A DNA stretch of 64,000 nucleotides, taken from contig NC_058383.1 of NCBI RefSeq assembly GCF_018350175.1, positions 18,850,001 through 18,914,000 on the forward strand. Reading direction: 5' to 3'. How positions within the stretch are numbered: the stretch's first letter is position 1; the number at the start of each line of letters is the position of its first letter. The position numbers were made by a program, and so were the translations under genes. The stretch is from Felis catus (Eukaryota). This document shows, piece after piece, positions 1 to 12,520 of the stretch. The notes under the pieces are model-generated. The model was not told the DNA's origin and ran no database searches. It worked only from the letters and a program-made list of their open reading frames with translations.

Positions 1-300
1 AGGGACTAAGGCTCTCTCTCTCTTCTGGGGCTAGTCAACAGAGGACAGAGGAGCCTGGAGTGACCAGAGGCCACCAGGGGAAGGGCACCCACGAGAGAGA
101 AGGCAGCACGAAGGTGAGTGGTGCCACAGGTCGAGGAGAAAGCTTCTTGGGAATGTGGGTTGAGGTCCTGGATCCGTCTGGGCCTGGAACTGGATCCACC
201 CATGAAGTGTTCAGTTACTGGAGTTACTAACACCCTCCCTCACTTGGCTCAGCTCCAGCTGGACTTCTGTCGTTTGCAAATGAAAGGGCCCTGACTCATC
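1..300. mobile_element. MaLR (MLT1-like) LTR fragment
   Basis: Ends in ...ccagctggacttctgtcgtttgcaaatgaaagggccctgactcatc, which resembles MLT1 termini. Assigned by eye. Confidence 0.4.
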
Positions 301-979
301 GAGACAGGATGCTGTGGCGCTTCGACCTTCAACGAGCCCACTGTCAGCCACTTACGTGTGTCGTGCCCTGCCATGCACTCCACGTACGTTTGGTCCTTAC
401 TGTGACCCCGAGTAAGTTTTTATTGCCACCTGTGTACAAACGGGGAAACTGAGGCTCGGAGAGGGCACCGTGGCCAGACCCAGCAGGGCGCTGGCGCTCC
501 CTCCCTGAGTGCCCAGGCAACCCCTGTTCCCGAGTGCCTCCTCTGTGCCCACCAGGTCCCTCTTCGGGCCTCTGTCCACCTCTGGCCCCGAGCGGGGTGG
601 GCCACTCTGAACCCCCCCCCCCGCCGGCCCCGCCCCCGGCTGGGCATCTCCTGGGGCGGCGGGGACTCCAGGGCTGGGCCTGAGCACAGTCCTTCTTCTC
701 AAGGACACAGGGCTTCGTAAGCCCAGCGGGTGGACGCTTGGGGCATCTGTGGCGTCGTGGGGGCTCTGAGAAAGATGGGGAAGGGGAGGCCTCTGGTCTC
801 CTTCCCCCAGGGCCCCTCTTGCCTGGGCCCGGCGGGGGGGCCCCCCTTCCCCTCCCCCCTGCACCTGCGCGGGCGGGCCCCTGAGCTTTCCTCACCTTCT
901 CCCATCTGGCTCCCACACTCGCCAATTTCTTTCTGTTTCCGGATGCTCCCCAACACCCCGTGCCTCACACCCCAACCCT

Positions 980-1300
980 GATCGCCTCCCTCTCCCGCTT
1001 GCCGCTTTCAGTTTTGCCTCAGCTCTGGGGCTCCTCTCTTGCCTCCTTTGGCTCTGTGTCTTTGGGGCACTCCTCCCCTTTCTCTCTCTCTCCACCTCTG
1101 TCTGCCTCAATCTGTTTCTCCTCTGTCTTGGAATCTCTATCTCTCATCCGTCTCTCTGTCTCTGTGCAGCTCTCTGTCTCCGATAGTCTCTCTCTTTCCT
1201 CTCTGTGCCTCCGTCTGTCTCTCATCTCTCTGTGGTTCTCTGTCTCTCTCTGTGATCTCTCTCTTGTTCTCTGTCTCCCTCCTCCTCTCCCTGCCCCTCC
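980..1300 (+). repeat. CT-rich low-complexity tract
   Basis: Degenerate (CT)n/(CTCTGT)n. Confidence 0.85.
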
Positions 1301-4300
1301 CTCCCCACATCCTGAGTTGTCTTTGGGGAACCGGAAATTTGGGGGATCAGAGAGATACTGGGAGGCTCAGCTGCTGCCGCCTAGAGATAATGCGTGGGGG
1401 GGGGGGCGCTGGGGCTGGATGGGGGTGGGGGAGCCCAGAATCCCCTGCGTCTTCCTCCTACCCTGGTGCACGCAGAGACAGGCAGAGGAATTATGTCCCC
1501 TCCCCGGGCCTTGGCTTCCCCTTCTGCAGAGTGGGCCCGATGAACAGCCTCCCTCGTGGGGTTGGTGTGAGCGAGAAGAGAAGTTAATCGAGAAGTTAAT
1601 CGAACAGCCTGGCCAGAGCAGGGGCTCAGGGAGATTGGGGATGAGGGACAGAAGCGAGGGCATGTGCAGGGGAGTCAGGGGGTGAGGCTGATTGGGACTG
1701 AGAGGGGCTGAGGGGAGCGTGGCTCCCAGGTGCTCCTGAGCCCGTCTTTTCCCCTCCCTGCACCTCATTCGTCATCCCCTCTGTACCACAGTGGGCTTCC
1801 GCGTTCAACACCTGCTTGGTGGCACTTTCTCTGCCACACGTCTTGTCTATACTCCCTGCTTGAACCCTCACAACACCCCTGCGAGGTGGGTACTGTTATT
1901 ATTTTCCAGGTGGGGAAACTGAGGCACAGAGAAGTTGAATGGCCTGCCCAAGATCACGCAGCTGGGAACCCTCCACGGGACAGGACTCTGAATTAGGCCC
2001 AAGTCTGGGGGTGCCGTATATGCGCCCATTTGAAACAGAGGCAGCGTTAACCAACCCCCCCCCACCTTAAATCCCGGGGAGAGAAAGGCATTTTCTTCTC
2101 AATTTTGATTCTGGTTACAGAGAAAGGCTCTGTGGGACTGCGACACGTAGTTGCCTTTGAAATGACTTTCCTTGTAAAAAGGAAATCATTTTAAAGAAAA
2201 GTAACAAGAGACTTGGTTTGGGCAGTTTATGGATGTGGTAAGAGTCCTACATGTGGATTCGGAATCGAGTCTTAGGAACCCCAGAGGGACCGAGAACGCT
2301 TTCCTGGCTCTGCCGACGTCCCTCCCAGCCAGGCAGAGCTCTCAACCGCCTGCCCAAACCACGTGGCCAGTCAGCGGCGGATCTGGGACCCTAGCGGCCA
2401 CCGCACGGGCTGTAGGGATGATCAAAGGGCCACCAGAGCCCCAGAGACCGTCCAGGCCTTCAGAGATCCTGGGAGCAAGCCGTAGAAAGTATCTGGGGCT
2501 GTCTGATTCAGAGACTCCGCAGATAGGGGGCCAGGCCCAGAGGATCATGGGAGAGAGGGCCGAAGCAGGCTCAAAAGACCAGCAGGAAGTGAGGGGACGG
2601 TCCTGCCGAGCAGGTGCCCGCCGTGTCCAGACACACCCAGCCCAGGCAGCAAGCCATTGGCTTGAGCCCCAGCTGTCCTCCCCCGTCCCGGGCCTCATGT
2701 CCAAGAGGGGGGGAGGAGGTCCTCCCCGTAAAGGAAGTGAGCCCCCCCCTTTAGGCTCACTTTTAGGCTCACTTTAGGCTCACTTTTAGCCCCCTTTTAG
2801 GCTCACATAGGGCTTGGCCCTATGTGAGCCAAGCCACACATAGTAAGTAAGGGCCTCCAGACCCCTGACCCCGGAACCAGGAGCCCCTCTCCTCCAGGCC
2901 TGACTTCTGCTCAGCCCTGCGCTTGCTTGGAGCTCCTTCCCCGCTCTGGGCCTCAGTACACCCCTCTGCCGAGTGGGGGTGATGGCGCCCAAGCAGATCA
3001 GTGGCTTTTAAATCACGTCAGGGGGCTAATTCAGAGATCCAGCAGCCAGTGGGTGTGTGGAGACAAATACGAGACTTTGAGGACCTCTGTCGACCCAGGC
3101 TTTCTCTAGGACGATACCGTTTCGCGTCCTGATGCGTTTTTTGCAGCCTGAAAGAGAGTGACACATGTGAACTCACAAAACAAGTTTATGCTGATAAAAG
3201 ACTGGGTTTTATCTGTTGCGTGCACACGGGGCTGCTGGTGGCACGCCAGCCATCCTCCCCGGCCGGCTCCTGAGTCAGGCCTTCCTGCTCTCGCCCCGCT
3301 GTGAGCCAGCCACGCAGGCCCCTGTCTCCAGGCCTTTGCACCACTCTCCCTCCTCCTGGAGCTCTCTCGTCCTCACAGGCCCCGGATCTTCTGACGCTGG
3401 GATCTCAGATGAAGTTCCCCTTCTCAGAGCCCTTCCTTCCGGTCTGCCCCATGTAATCTCGCACCCTTCCCGTCACCCTGTATCCTGTAACCCCATGGAA
3501 TTGGTATCGTGAGCGCTGATCCTTTCACGCATTCAGTGTCTGTCATCTGTTCCCTCTAGGCTGCGAGCTCCCCACTCATCTCTGTCACTCCGGGGCCTGG
3601 AGCTTGGCGTGCGGTCGGCGCCTGGGAAGTGTTGAGTGAAGCAAGTAAGAGACAGCTCGAGCCGAGCATGTCAGCATCCCAACCCCCCCCCCCCGCCCCC
3701 GTGATGAGCTCCCCACGGTTCTTGCAGTCCCAGCAAAGGATACCTGCCCGGCCCCCGGGGAAGCACTGTCTAAAGGAGAGATTGCAAACTGGCGGCCCAC
3801 CGCAGTGTTTAATTTTTTTTTTTTATTGTGGTAAACACACACACACACACACTCACACACACACACAGACACGACACAAAATTCACCATCCAATCATTTC
3901 TCAGGGTACAGTCGAATAGCGTGAAGTGTATTCATTCCCATCGCTGGGCAACAGATCTCCAGAACGTTTTCTTCTTGCAAAACTCCAGCTCTGTACCCAT
4001 TAAACGGCACCTCCCCGGGCCCCCCTCCCCCCAGCCCCTGGCAAACACCGTTCTACTTTCTGTTTTTATGCATTTGAATACTTGACGTGCCTCGTATCAT
4101 GGGAATCATATGCTATTTGTCTTTTTGTGACAGAAAGCTTAGCGTGTCCCCAAGGCTCATCCGTGTGGTGGCACGAGACATGATTTCCTAACTTGTTAAG
4201 GCTGCATAATATCCCGTTGAATATATATATATACACACCACGTTTTCTTCATCCGTCCATACTTTCGTGGACTCGAAGCCCGCTTCTCCGTCTCGGCTAT

Positions 4301-4849
4301 TGGGAACATAATGCTGATATGAACACGAATGTGCAAATGTCTCTTTGAGATTCTGTTTCCGTTCTTCCGGGTGTATGCCCAAAGTGGAATTGCTGGATCA
4401 TTTAAAAAAAATTTTTTTTTAAACCTGCATGCTATTTTCCATAACAGCTGCACGATTTTACATTCCTACCGGCAGGGCGGAAGGGTTCCAATTCCTCTGC
4501 ATCCTTGTCAACGCTTGTTATTTGCTATTTTTTTTTTAGAGCAGTCATCTTCGTGTCGATAAGGGGATAGCTTATTGTGGTTTTAATTTGCATTTCCCTC
4601 ATTATTAGTGATGTTGAGCGTCTTTTCATGTGCACGTTGGCCATGTGTATATTGTCTTTGGAGAAATGTCTGTTCAAATTCTTCGCCCATTTAAAAAAAT
4701 CTAGTTGTTTTTTTGTTGTTGAATTGTGGGAGCTCTTTATATATTCGGGATATTAACGCCTTTTCAGATGTATGATCTGCAAATATTTTCTCCCATTTTG
4801 TGTGTTGCCTTTTCACTGCTTTGATTTTGTCCTTTGATGCACAGAAGGT

Positions 4850-5056
4850 TTCATTTGTTTATTTGTTATTTATTTATATTTTGAGAGACAGGACGAGTGA
4901 GGGAGGGACAGAGACTGAGTGAGAGAGAATCCCAAGCAGGTTCTGCAATGTCAGCGCAGAGCCTGATGCAGGGCTCGAGTTCAAGAACTGTGAGATCATG
5001 ACCTGAGCTGAAACCAAGAGTCAGATGCTTAACCGACTGAGCCACCCAGGCTCCCC
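4850..5056 (-). mobile_element. CAN-SINE
   Basis: tRNA-derived head, (CT)n and A-rich tail in reverse; TSD gatgcacagaag. Confidence 0.9.
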
Positions 5057-5069
5057 GATGCACAGAAGC

Positions 5070-5290
5070 TTTTTTTTTTTTTAATGTTTATTCCTTTTTG
5101 AGAGAGAGAGAGACACAGTGAGTGAAGGAGGGGCAGAGAGAGAGAGAGAGAGGGAGACACAGAATCCAGAGCAGGCTCCAGGCTCTGAGCTGTCGGCACA
5201 GAACCTGATGCGGGGCTCGAACCCAAGAACTGTGAGATCGCGACCTGAGCCGAAGTCAGACACTCAACCTACTGAGCCACCCAGGTGCCC
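5070..5290 (-). mobile_element. CAN-SINE (SINEC_Fc-like)
   Basis: Full-length; TSD gatgcacagaagctttt. Confidence 0.9.
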
Positions 5291-5453
5291 TGATGCACAG
5301 AAGCTTTTAAGTTTGATGTAGTCCCATGTATTTGTTTGTGCTTTTGTTGCTAAGCCATTTGCATCATATCCAAGAAATCATTGCTAAATCCGATGTCATG
5401 AAGCTTGTCTCATGTTTGTTTCCCTCTGCCTAGGATTTTTATAGCTTTAGGTC

Positions 5454-5664
5454 TTTTTTTAATGTTTATTTGTTTTAATTTTATTTATTTTTGAGAGAGA
5501 CAGAGTGTGAGTGGGGGAGGGGCAGAGAGAGAGGGAGACAGAATCGGAAGCAGGCTCCACGCTCTGAGCGGTCAGCAGAGACGTGGGGCTCGAACTCACG
5601 AACCTCGAGATCACGACCAGAGCCAAAGTCGGATGCTTAACCGACTGAGCCACCCAGGCGCCCC
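5454..5664 (-). mobile_element. CAN-SINE
   Basis: Ends gccacccaggcgcccc. Confidence 0.9.
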
Positions 5665-5844
5665 TATATGTCTGTCTTTATGCCAGCACCACACTGTTTT
5701 GATTAATGTAGCCTTGTAATAAGTTTTGAAATCGGGAAGTGTGAATCTTTGAACTTTGCTGTTCTTTTTCAAGATGATTTTGGCTATTCGGGGTCCCGTG
5801 AGAGTCCGTATGAATTTTATTTGTCAAAACATTATTTAACACAT

Positions 5845-6044
5845 TTTTTAAAACGTTTATTCACTTTTGAGAGAGAGAGAGACAGAGAGACAGAGCAGGG
5901 AGAGAGGGAGACCCAGAAACCGAAGCAGGCTCCAGGCTCTGAGCTGTCCGTACAGAGCCCGATGTGGGGCTCGAACTCACAAACCAGGAGATCATGACCT
6001 GAGCTGAAGTCGGATGCTTAAGTGACTGAGCCACCCGGTGCCCC
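5845..6044 (-). mobile_element. CAN-SINE
   Basis: SINEC consensus similarity. Confidence 0.88.
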
Positions 6045-7339
6045 TCCAGAAATGGACATTTTAGATTGTTTCCAATAATTTACCAAAAAAAAAAAAAAGT
6101 TGCACTGAACAGTCTTATACATAAGTCATTTAGCATATGTGGGAGTATCTCTGTATAACGAATCCCTAGAAGCGGAGTCATTTGGTCAAAGTGAACAAGC
6201 ATGTGTGATTCTGATAGATGTTGCCAAATTCCCCTTTGGGGGAGGGGGCCAGCCGACACCCCCACAAGCAATATCCGACAGGGCCTGTCTCCCCACATCC
6301 TTGCCAACTCAGAGTGCTATTGAACTCTTGAATTTCTTGCCCAACTGTCGGGTCAAAATTGGCATCCGAGTGCAGTTCTAATTTGCGTTGCTTTTGTCAT
6401 GAAGAAGAGACAAAAGTCATCTGTATTTTCTGTGATCCCTTTGTGTCCATTGTCGTTTTTTCGAGTAGGTTTTGTGTGTGTGTGTGTGTGTGTTTCTTCC
6501 CAGGAACACTTTACGTATTAGGAAAATCGAGTCTCTGTGGGTGATTTGAGGGAACAAACGTATTTTCCCGGTTTGGCTCTGTTTATACCCAAGCAAGCAA
6601 GCAAACACAAAGACCTCGGAAGTATAACATACACAGCAAAGCACCAGATCAGAAGCGTGCAGCTTGATGAATCGTCACCGAGGGAACCCAACTCTGTTAC
6701 TTCTCGATCGCCGCTTCATCTCGCTGGGGCTTTTGCCTGGAGAAGTTTTGTATTTTTACCTAGTGGTTTATGGTTTTCATCTAAATTTTCAGTGTGATTC
6801 AGTGTAAGGTGTGATCTCTGGCTTATGTATTTATTTATGTATTTATTTGTTTATTATTATTATTATTTTTTCCCAGATGGCAAAGCCTCGTCCCACTGCC
6901 GTTTAGTGAATACTCTGTATTTTCTTTGCTAGTCTGAAATGGTGCCACAGCCTCAGACTTCCCCTGGTCTGTGTTCTGGGTTTTTCTGCTCCCTTTGCTA
7001 ACGTCTGTCTGTCCTTGGGCCACGTCAGTTGGTGATCTCTGATTTGGGGACTTAGCGGATGCCTCTGTGCTGTGTGTTTGACATGTAAGCTGTAGCTGTT
7101 AACAGCTTGGACCCTCGAGCCCTCCGTTTGAATTACAGACTCGAGCAGCAAGGGACTTCATCGCTCTGCCTCCGTTTCTTCTTCTATAAAGTGGGGATAA
7201 TAATAGTACCGACCTCCCAGGGTGGCTGGTAGGATTAAATAATTTAACGTATTATGTAAAGTGCCTAGAACAGTATCTGCTATATAATATACCCTAACCG
7301 TTACCTGGTTTGTTTGTATTATTTCAGGCCCCTTAAAAT

Positions 7340-7689
7340 TTTTTTTTATTTTACTTTTTTTTTTAATTACATTTCTTTATTTTTGAGAGGCGGAGCGTAA
7401 TTTTTTTAAATTACATTTCTTTATTTTTGAGGGGCAGAGAGAGAGGGAGATGCAGAATCCGAAGCAGGCTCCGGGCTCCGAGCCGTCAGCACAGAGCCCG
7501 ACACGGGGCCCGAACTCCCAGAGATCACGACCTGAGCCGAAGTCAGACACTCAACCGACTGAGCCACCCAGGCGCCCCATTTCACTTTTTTTTTTTTTTA
7601 AGTAAGCTCTGCGCCAGACGTGGGCCTTGAACTCACGACCCTGAGATCAAGAGTCACAGCCCCCACCGACTCAGCCAGCCAGGTGCCCC
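7340..7689 (-). mobile_element. Two adjacent CAN-SINEs (7340-7578 full; 7586-7689 short type)
   Basis: Two tRNA-like heads, each preceded by poly-T on the + strand. Confidence 0.85.
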
Positions 7690-8593
7690 GAAGGCCACCT
7701 TTAATCCTCCCGTCAGCTCTGTGATGTGGAAAGGATCGCTGACCCTATTTGTGGATGAAGAAACCGAGACTTGGAGCCGTGAAATGACTCGCCTGGGGCT
7801 TTGGGGGGCAGCGGCACCGGTTTTGACAGGGGCCTTCCCATTCCTGCGCCGCCTCGAGCGGCTCCCATGGGTGTAAGGGGCCTCCTTTTCCTCCCTCTCC
7901 CCCAGCCCAGCGGTGGCTGTGGCTGATCCTCAGAGAGGAAATGTCACCTGAGGCCCCGGCTGCAGGGGGATGGGATGAGGCTTCACCAGGCAGCCTCTGC
8001 AGCAGGTCCCGTGTGAAAAGGCCTAGGGGACCCGGGGTGGGGGTGGGGGGACTGGGGCCTCAACAGCTCAGTCCCTTCCTCCAGGGCCTACTCAGCCGCT
8101 GCAGGGAAGCCGGGTCTCCAAGGAGGCAGGCGCCTGCTCTGGGCATCCCCAGGGCCCTTGAAAGAGACCTCCAGTCTGCCATGCACCGCACCGGCTCTGT
8201 GACCGGACCTCTCTGGGCCTTGGCGCTCTCATCTGTGAGATGGGCCGGTCGCAGTACATCTCAAAGCAGAGGATGGGGGCGCGGCCACATTACACGGAGG
8301 GCTGATTTGTGGCTGTTCACTCAAGGCGGTGTGTTCTGTTTTCTGCCCACCCCCCCCCCCCCCCCCGCAACGCAGAGCCCAAACTGCCAGTTCAAAGGCT
8401 TGTGCCAGGTGCGAGGCAGAAGGGACTGGGGAGGGAAGGCCAAGTGCGACCAGAGAGGAGAGGGGATGGGGAGAGAGCGTTGGAGTTGATGGAGGTTTTC
8501 CTCTCTACCTCTCCTTGAGGCTTGCCCCGCCCCGGGATGAGGCTGGGCGAAAGGAGGGCGGAGGGAAGGGGTCCCCAAGGAGTTTGGAGCCTC

Positions 8594-8821
8594 TTTTTTT
8601 TTTTTTAAGTTTATTTATTTGTTTTGAGAGAGAGAGAGAGAGAGAGAGAGGGAAGGAGGTGGGGAGGGGCAGAGAGAAGGAGAGAGGGAGAGAATCCCAA
8701 ACGGGCGCCTCGCTGTCAGCACAGAGCCTGACGTGAGGCTCGAACACACGAACTGTGAGCTCGTGACCTGAGCCGGAAGCAAGAGTTGGACACTTAACCG
8801 ACTGAGCCACCCGCGTGCCCC
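8594..8821 (-). mobile_element. CAN-SINE
   Basis: Poly-T, (GA)n and SINEC body; flanking gagtttgg repeat. Confidence 0.88.
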
Positions 8822-8892
8822 GAGTTTGGTGGCTTTGAGGGAAAGGGGAGACCACAGCCCCTCCACGGCTGGATTTGCTAGGCACCCCCTAG

Positions 8893-9265
8893 TCGCACTG
8901 CCAGATTTGGCAAAATAAAAATTCCAGATCCAGGGGCGCCTGGGTGGCTCAAGCCGGTTAGGCGTCCGACTTCGGCTCAGGTCGTGATCTCGCGGTTCGT
9001 GAGTTCGAGCCCCGCGTGGGGCTCTGCGCTGACCGCTCGGAGCCTGGAGCCTGCTTCCGATTCTGTCTCCCCCTCTCTGCCCCTCCCGTGTTCATGCTCT
9101 GTCTCTCTCTGTGTCTCAGCAATAAATAAATGTAAAAAAAAAAAAAAATTAAAAAAAAAATTCCAGATCCAACATTTGGGACGTACTCGTACCAAAAAAC
9201 GTTATTTGTTGGTTGTCTGAAATTCAGATTGACCCAGTGTCCTGTGGTTTGTCCAGCCAGCTACC
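8893..9265. mobile_element. MER53-like DNA transposon interrupted by a + strand CAN-SINE (8933-9160)
   Basis: tgccagatttggcaaaataaaa...tctgaaattcagattgacccagtgtcctg resembles MER53. SINE TSD aaaaattccagatcca at 8917-8932 and 9156-9171. Confidence 0.7.
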
Positions 9266-12200
9266 CACAGGCATGGAGGGGACAGAGCAGAGAGAGAACA
9301 CGGGAGGACATCTGGGGGGGGGGGGAAGGGGGTGGGGGTATTCTTTGCATAGTGAAGAGCCTTCCAGAAGTTTTTGCAGGCTCCGACGGGGACACAGAAG
9401 GTAGCTGGGAGGAATGGCTGGCTGGTGCTTGCCACCAGGGAGGCTCGCTCTTCTCGGGGGTGATGTGACCTTGGAGCTGCGGGCTGGTGCCCAACTGGGC
9501 GTCGAGCAGGAGGTCTGAGGAACCACAGCGAGAGTGAACGTGAGGAAGCCTTGAAGCTAAAGGGAAACCACAGCACTCGGGTGGCCCCGCCACCGGAGCA
9601 GGTGGAAGGGGATGGGGGATGGGACTGAAGCGTCAACCAGCCTCAGCTCGGTCCAAACCTCCCCCAACCCCCACCTGTCTTATCACTGTATCGGGCTCCT
9701 ACTCACCCCTCATCGGCCCTGTGGGCCTGGGGTCCTCAGGCCAGCCCAGAGGCAAGCAAAGGGGGAAAACACCATGTCATACAACTCCTGGGACTCAGAG
9801 CCTTCAAAGTGACTGAAAAATCACCGGTTTGGACTGAATTTCCCCAAACGTATCTTGATTATGTTGTCAGAGGCAGTGGGGAGCCAGAGTCAGGAAAAAG
9901 ATGTTCGATCGGTCGGAAAGTCAAGTTCTGTTTTCTTCTGCTCTTGGGTCCTGTGGACCGTCTGGCTTGCTCCGCGCACACAGATCACCTGCCCCAGGAG
10001 CTGGAACAGGGCCTTGGGCGACAACTGGAAAGCCCAGGGCAGGGCAGGCAGGGGGAGGCACCCCAACAGGTGCTCCTTGTGACCCTGACCCTGAGGTCCC
10101 CCGGGGTGGGAAGTGAGAGCTGGCCAACAGAAAGGCTGATATTTGCAGGGGATGGAGCTGTTTATTTTATTCTCAACAACCCTCATAATGGAGTATGGAC
10201 TGTGGGTGGGCTCGAGTGCTTTCTAAACCCCAGTTCAGTTCATGCCCATAAGAGCCCTTGGAAGCAGGATGACTGTTATCTGCACGTGGCCAACAAGGGC
10301 ACTGAGTTGCAGAGAGGTTAATTGAAATGGTTTGCCCAAGGTCACACATCCAGGAAGGGGCAGCTCCCAGGGCAGGCCAAGCCCAGCCTGACCACTCGGC
10401 AAGCGCCGGGCCCCAGCCCTCAGCACTGTTCATGGGCAGGAAGCTGGACCCTTGGCCAGCCGTCCAGAATGTAGGATATGTGTCGAGACGTCCGGTAGGA
10501 CAGGCCAGGTGCTGGGATCTGGGACGAGCACGGAAACAGGGCACCATTTCTGTTCTTGCAGAGCGCTGGGTCCAGATGGAGAGACAGACGCAGTTACAAC
10601 CCAGTGCACACAAATCAATGATGCTACGAAATGAGCCTCTTTAGTGAGCATTTACTGTGGCCACACCCTGCTGTACGCACGACTTATCTCCTTATCCTTG
10701 CAAAAACCCCTTGAGGTAGCACGGGCCTCATTTTGTCGATGAGTAAAGTGAGGCTCAGGGAGATTCAGTAACTTGCCTAAGGTCACAGAAAGCAAGTGGC
10801 AAACTTGGGGCTCGTTAGGGGAAGTGTGGGGTTCAGCGGGGGGCACATCCCAGAGGGCTTCCCAGAGGAGGTGTCGCTGCCCTTGAGTTGTCCAGGAGAG
10901 GGGATTCGTCCAAGTAGAGAGAAGGAGGAGTGGGCTCCAAGCAAAGGAAACCACCCACAAAGGCCTGGAAGCTGACCGGCCTGGCAACCTGGGGTTGCTG
11001 CGTGTGGCCTGGCCAAGAGGTCACCTGTGCTGAGTAGAACTGGTCCCTTCCCCAGATGGTGGCCCCCGCTCGCCATTCTCAGGGGCTCTGGCTCAAGGTG
11101 CAGGACGGGGCCCAAGGGCAGAGACTCAGCCTTGCCCAGCCCTTGGGACAGTGTCGGTGCTGGAATGCCCATCACGGAGGCGGTCCAGACTCCCTGCTCT
11201 GTCCTTTGCGGACTCTGTGGCCTTGGACAAGTCACTTCCCCTCTCTGAGCCTGGGTTGCTTGAGCTATAAAATAGAGACAATAGTACCTCACGGGCTTTT
11301 ATGAGGCTTACATGTCTTAAAAGATACAAAGGGCTCAGAGCAGGGCCTGGCTGGAGTTAGCACTCTAGAAGTGCCAGCTGTCACTGGTTTTGAGACCATC
11401 CACCTGACAAATTCACTGCTTTCACTTGGGTTAAGGGAAGCCAGTAATGGTTATGGAGCCTAGTGGCCCCCAGTCACCCGGCCCCCAGCCCAGGACTCAG
11501 CCTTGCCGGTTCCACCACCAAACCCTCACCACCCCCCCGGGGCCTGAGTCCCAGTGGGGGAGGCACAGGTGCCTCTGGCTGGGGACAAGGAGATTCCTGG
11601 CAGTTGGGGGGAGGGGTGGGAACCAAGAGACGCGGTGACTAAGACGGGAACCCGAAATGCACTCACACAGAGAACTCCTCCAGCAGGTGGGTTCTTTCGG
11701 GCTCTGGTGAGTGACTCATGCGGGGGCAGGTACAGAAGGTGCTAGGGCCCAAGGGGTGTTGCTTATCCTTCCCAAGAAGCTGGTTGCACCGTGGGCTAGG
11801 GAGGGCTGGGGGCGCCTCCCAGGCTCTAGGGCTGGGGAATGGATAGGCCCTGTGACCGGGAGGCCTGGAGCCAGAAAGACCTGGGTTCAGATTCCAGCAC
11901 GGTCATTTTGAAGCTGTGTGACCTTGGGCAAGGAACTTCCCCTCTCTGTGCCTCAGTTTCCTCTCCTGTAACATCAGGCCAATTCAATCCACCTCCTGGC
12001 ACTAAAGCCTTCCTATCGTGCTTTGTTGGATCTTGGTGACTCCCCACCTCAAGGACCTGCAGGGGCTCCCCCTTGCCCACCCAACAGAGCAGGGCCTTCT
12101 TCTGTTAGGAGCTGGGGGGCACATTTGCAGAATATCTGCAGACTCTGTGCAGCTTTTATCTTGTTCAAACCTCACACAGATCTGTCTTACAGTCACGAAA

Positions 12201-12309
12201 GCAGCCCCACACAGGTGCTCAAGTTGCCCAGGAACAGACCTGGGTTTCAAAACTTCATGTATCCTCTCCGTCGCATACATAGCCTCGCCCAGTTAGTACA
12301 ATGGTGGCA

Positions 12310-12520
12310 GGACGTGCCTGGGTGGCTCAGTCGGTTGACGGAGTCCAGCTCTCGATTTCGGCTCAGGTCATGATCTCACGGTTTGTGAGTTCAAGCCCCG
12401 AGTCGGGCTCCACGCTGGCGGTGGGGAGCCTGCTTGGGATTCTCTCTCCCTCTCTCTCTCTGCCCCTCCTCTGCTCGCTCTGTCTCTCAAGATAAATAAA
12501 TAAACATCTAAAGTAAATAA
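12310..12520 (+). mobile_element. CAN-SINE
   Basis: SINEC head, (CT)n and aataaa tail. Confidence 0.88.

Larger units (their letters stand above)
3812..5815 (-). mobile_element. Old L1 (L1M/L1MB-like) 3' portion, interrupted by three SINEs
   Basis: Typical antisense L1 3'UTR/ORF2-end text (gtggaattgctggatca, ttttaatttgcatttccct, ttggagaaatgtctgttca, ccaagaaatcattgc, gccagcaccacactgttttgatta). Confidence 0.8.

Noticed and set aside
960..1685. 241-aa Ser/Leu-rich ORF resembling a membrane protein
   Set aside because: It is the translation of a CT-rich low-complexity tract.
2750..2806. TTAGGC-containing repeats as a telomeric or CRISPR-like array
   Set aside because: The unit is 11-12 bp and not TTAGGG, there are no unique spacers, and the context is eukaryotic. 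Local template switching explains it better.
8933..9010. tRNA-like sequences with A and B boxes
   Set aside because: These are heads of tRNA-derived SINEs, followed by the SINE body, poly-A and TSD; they are not tRNA genes.
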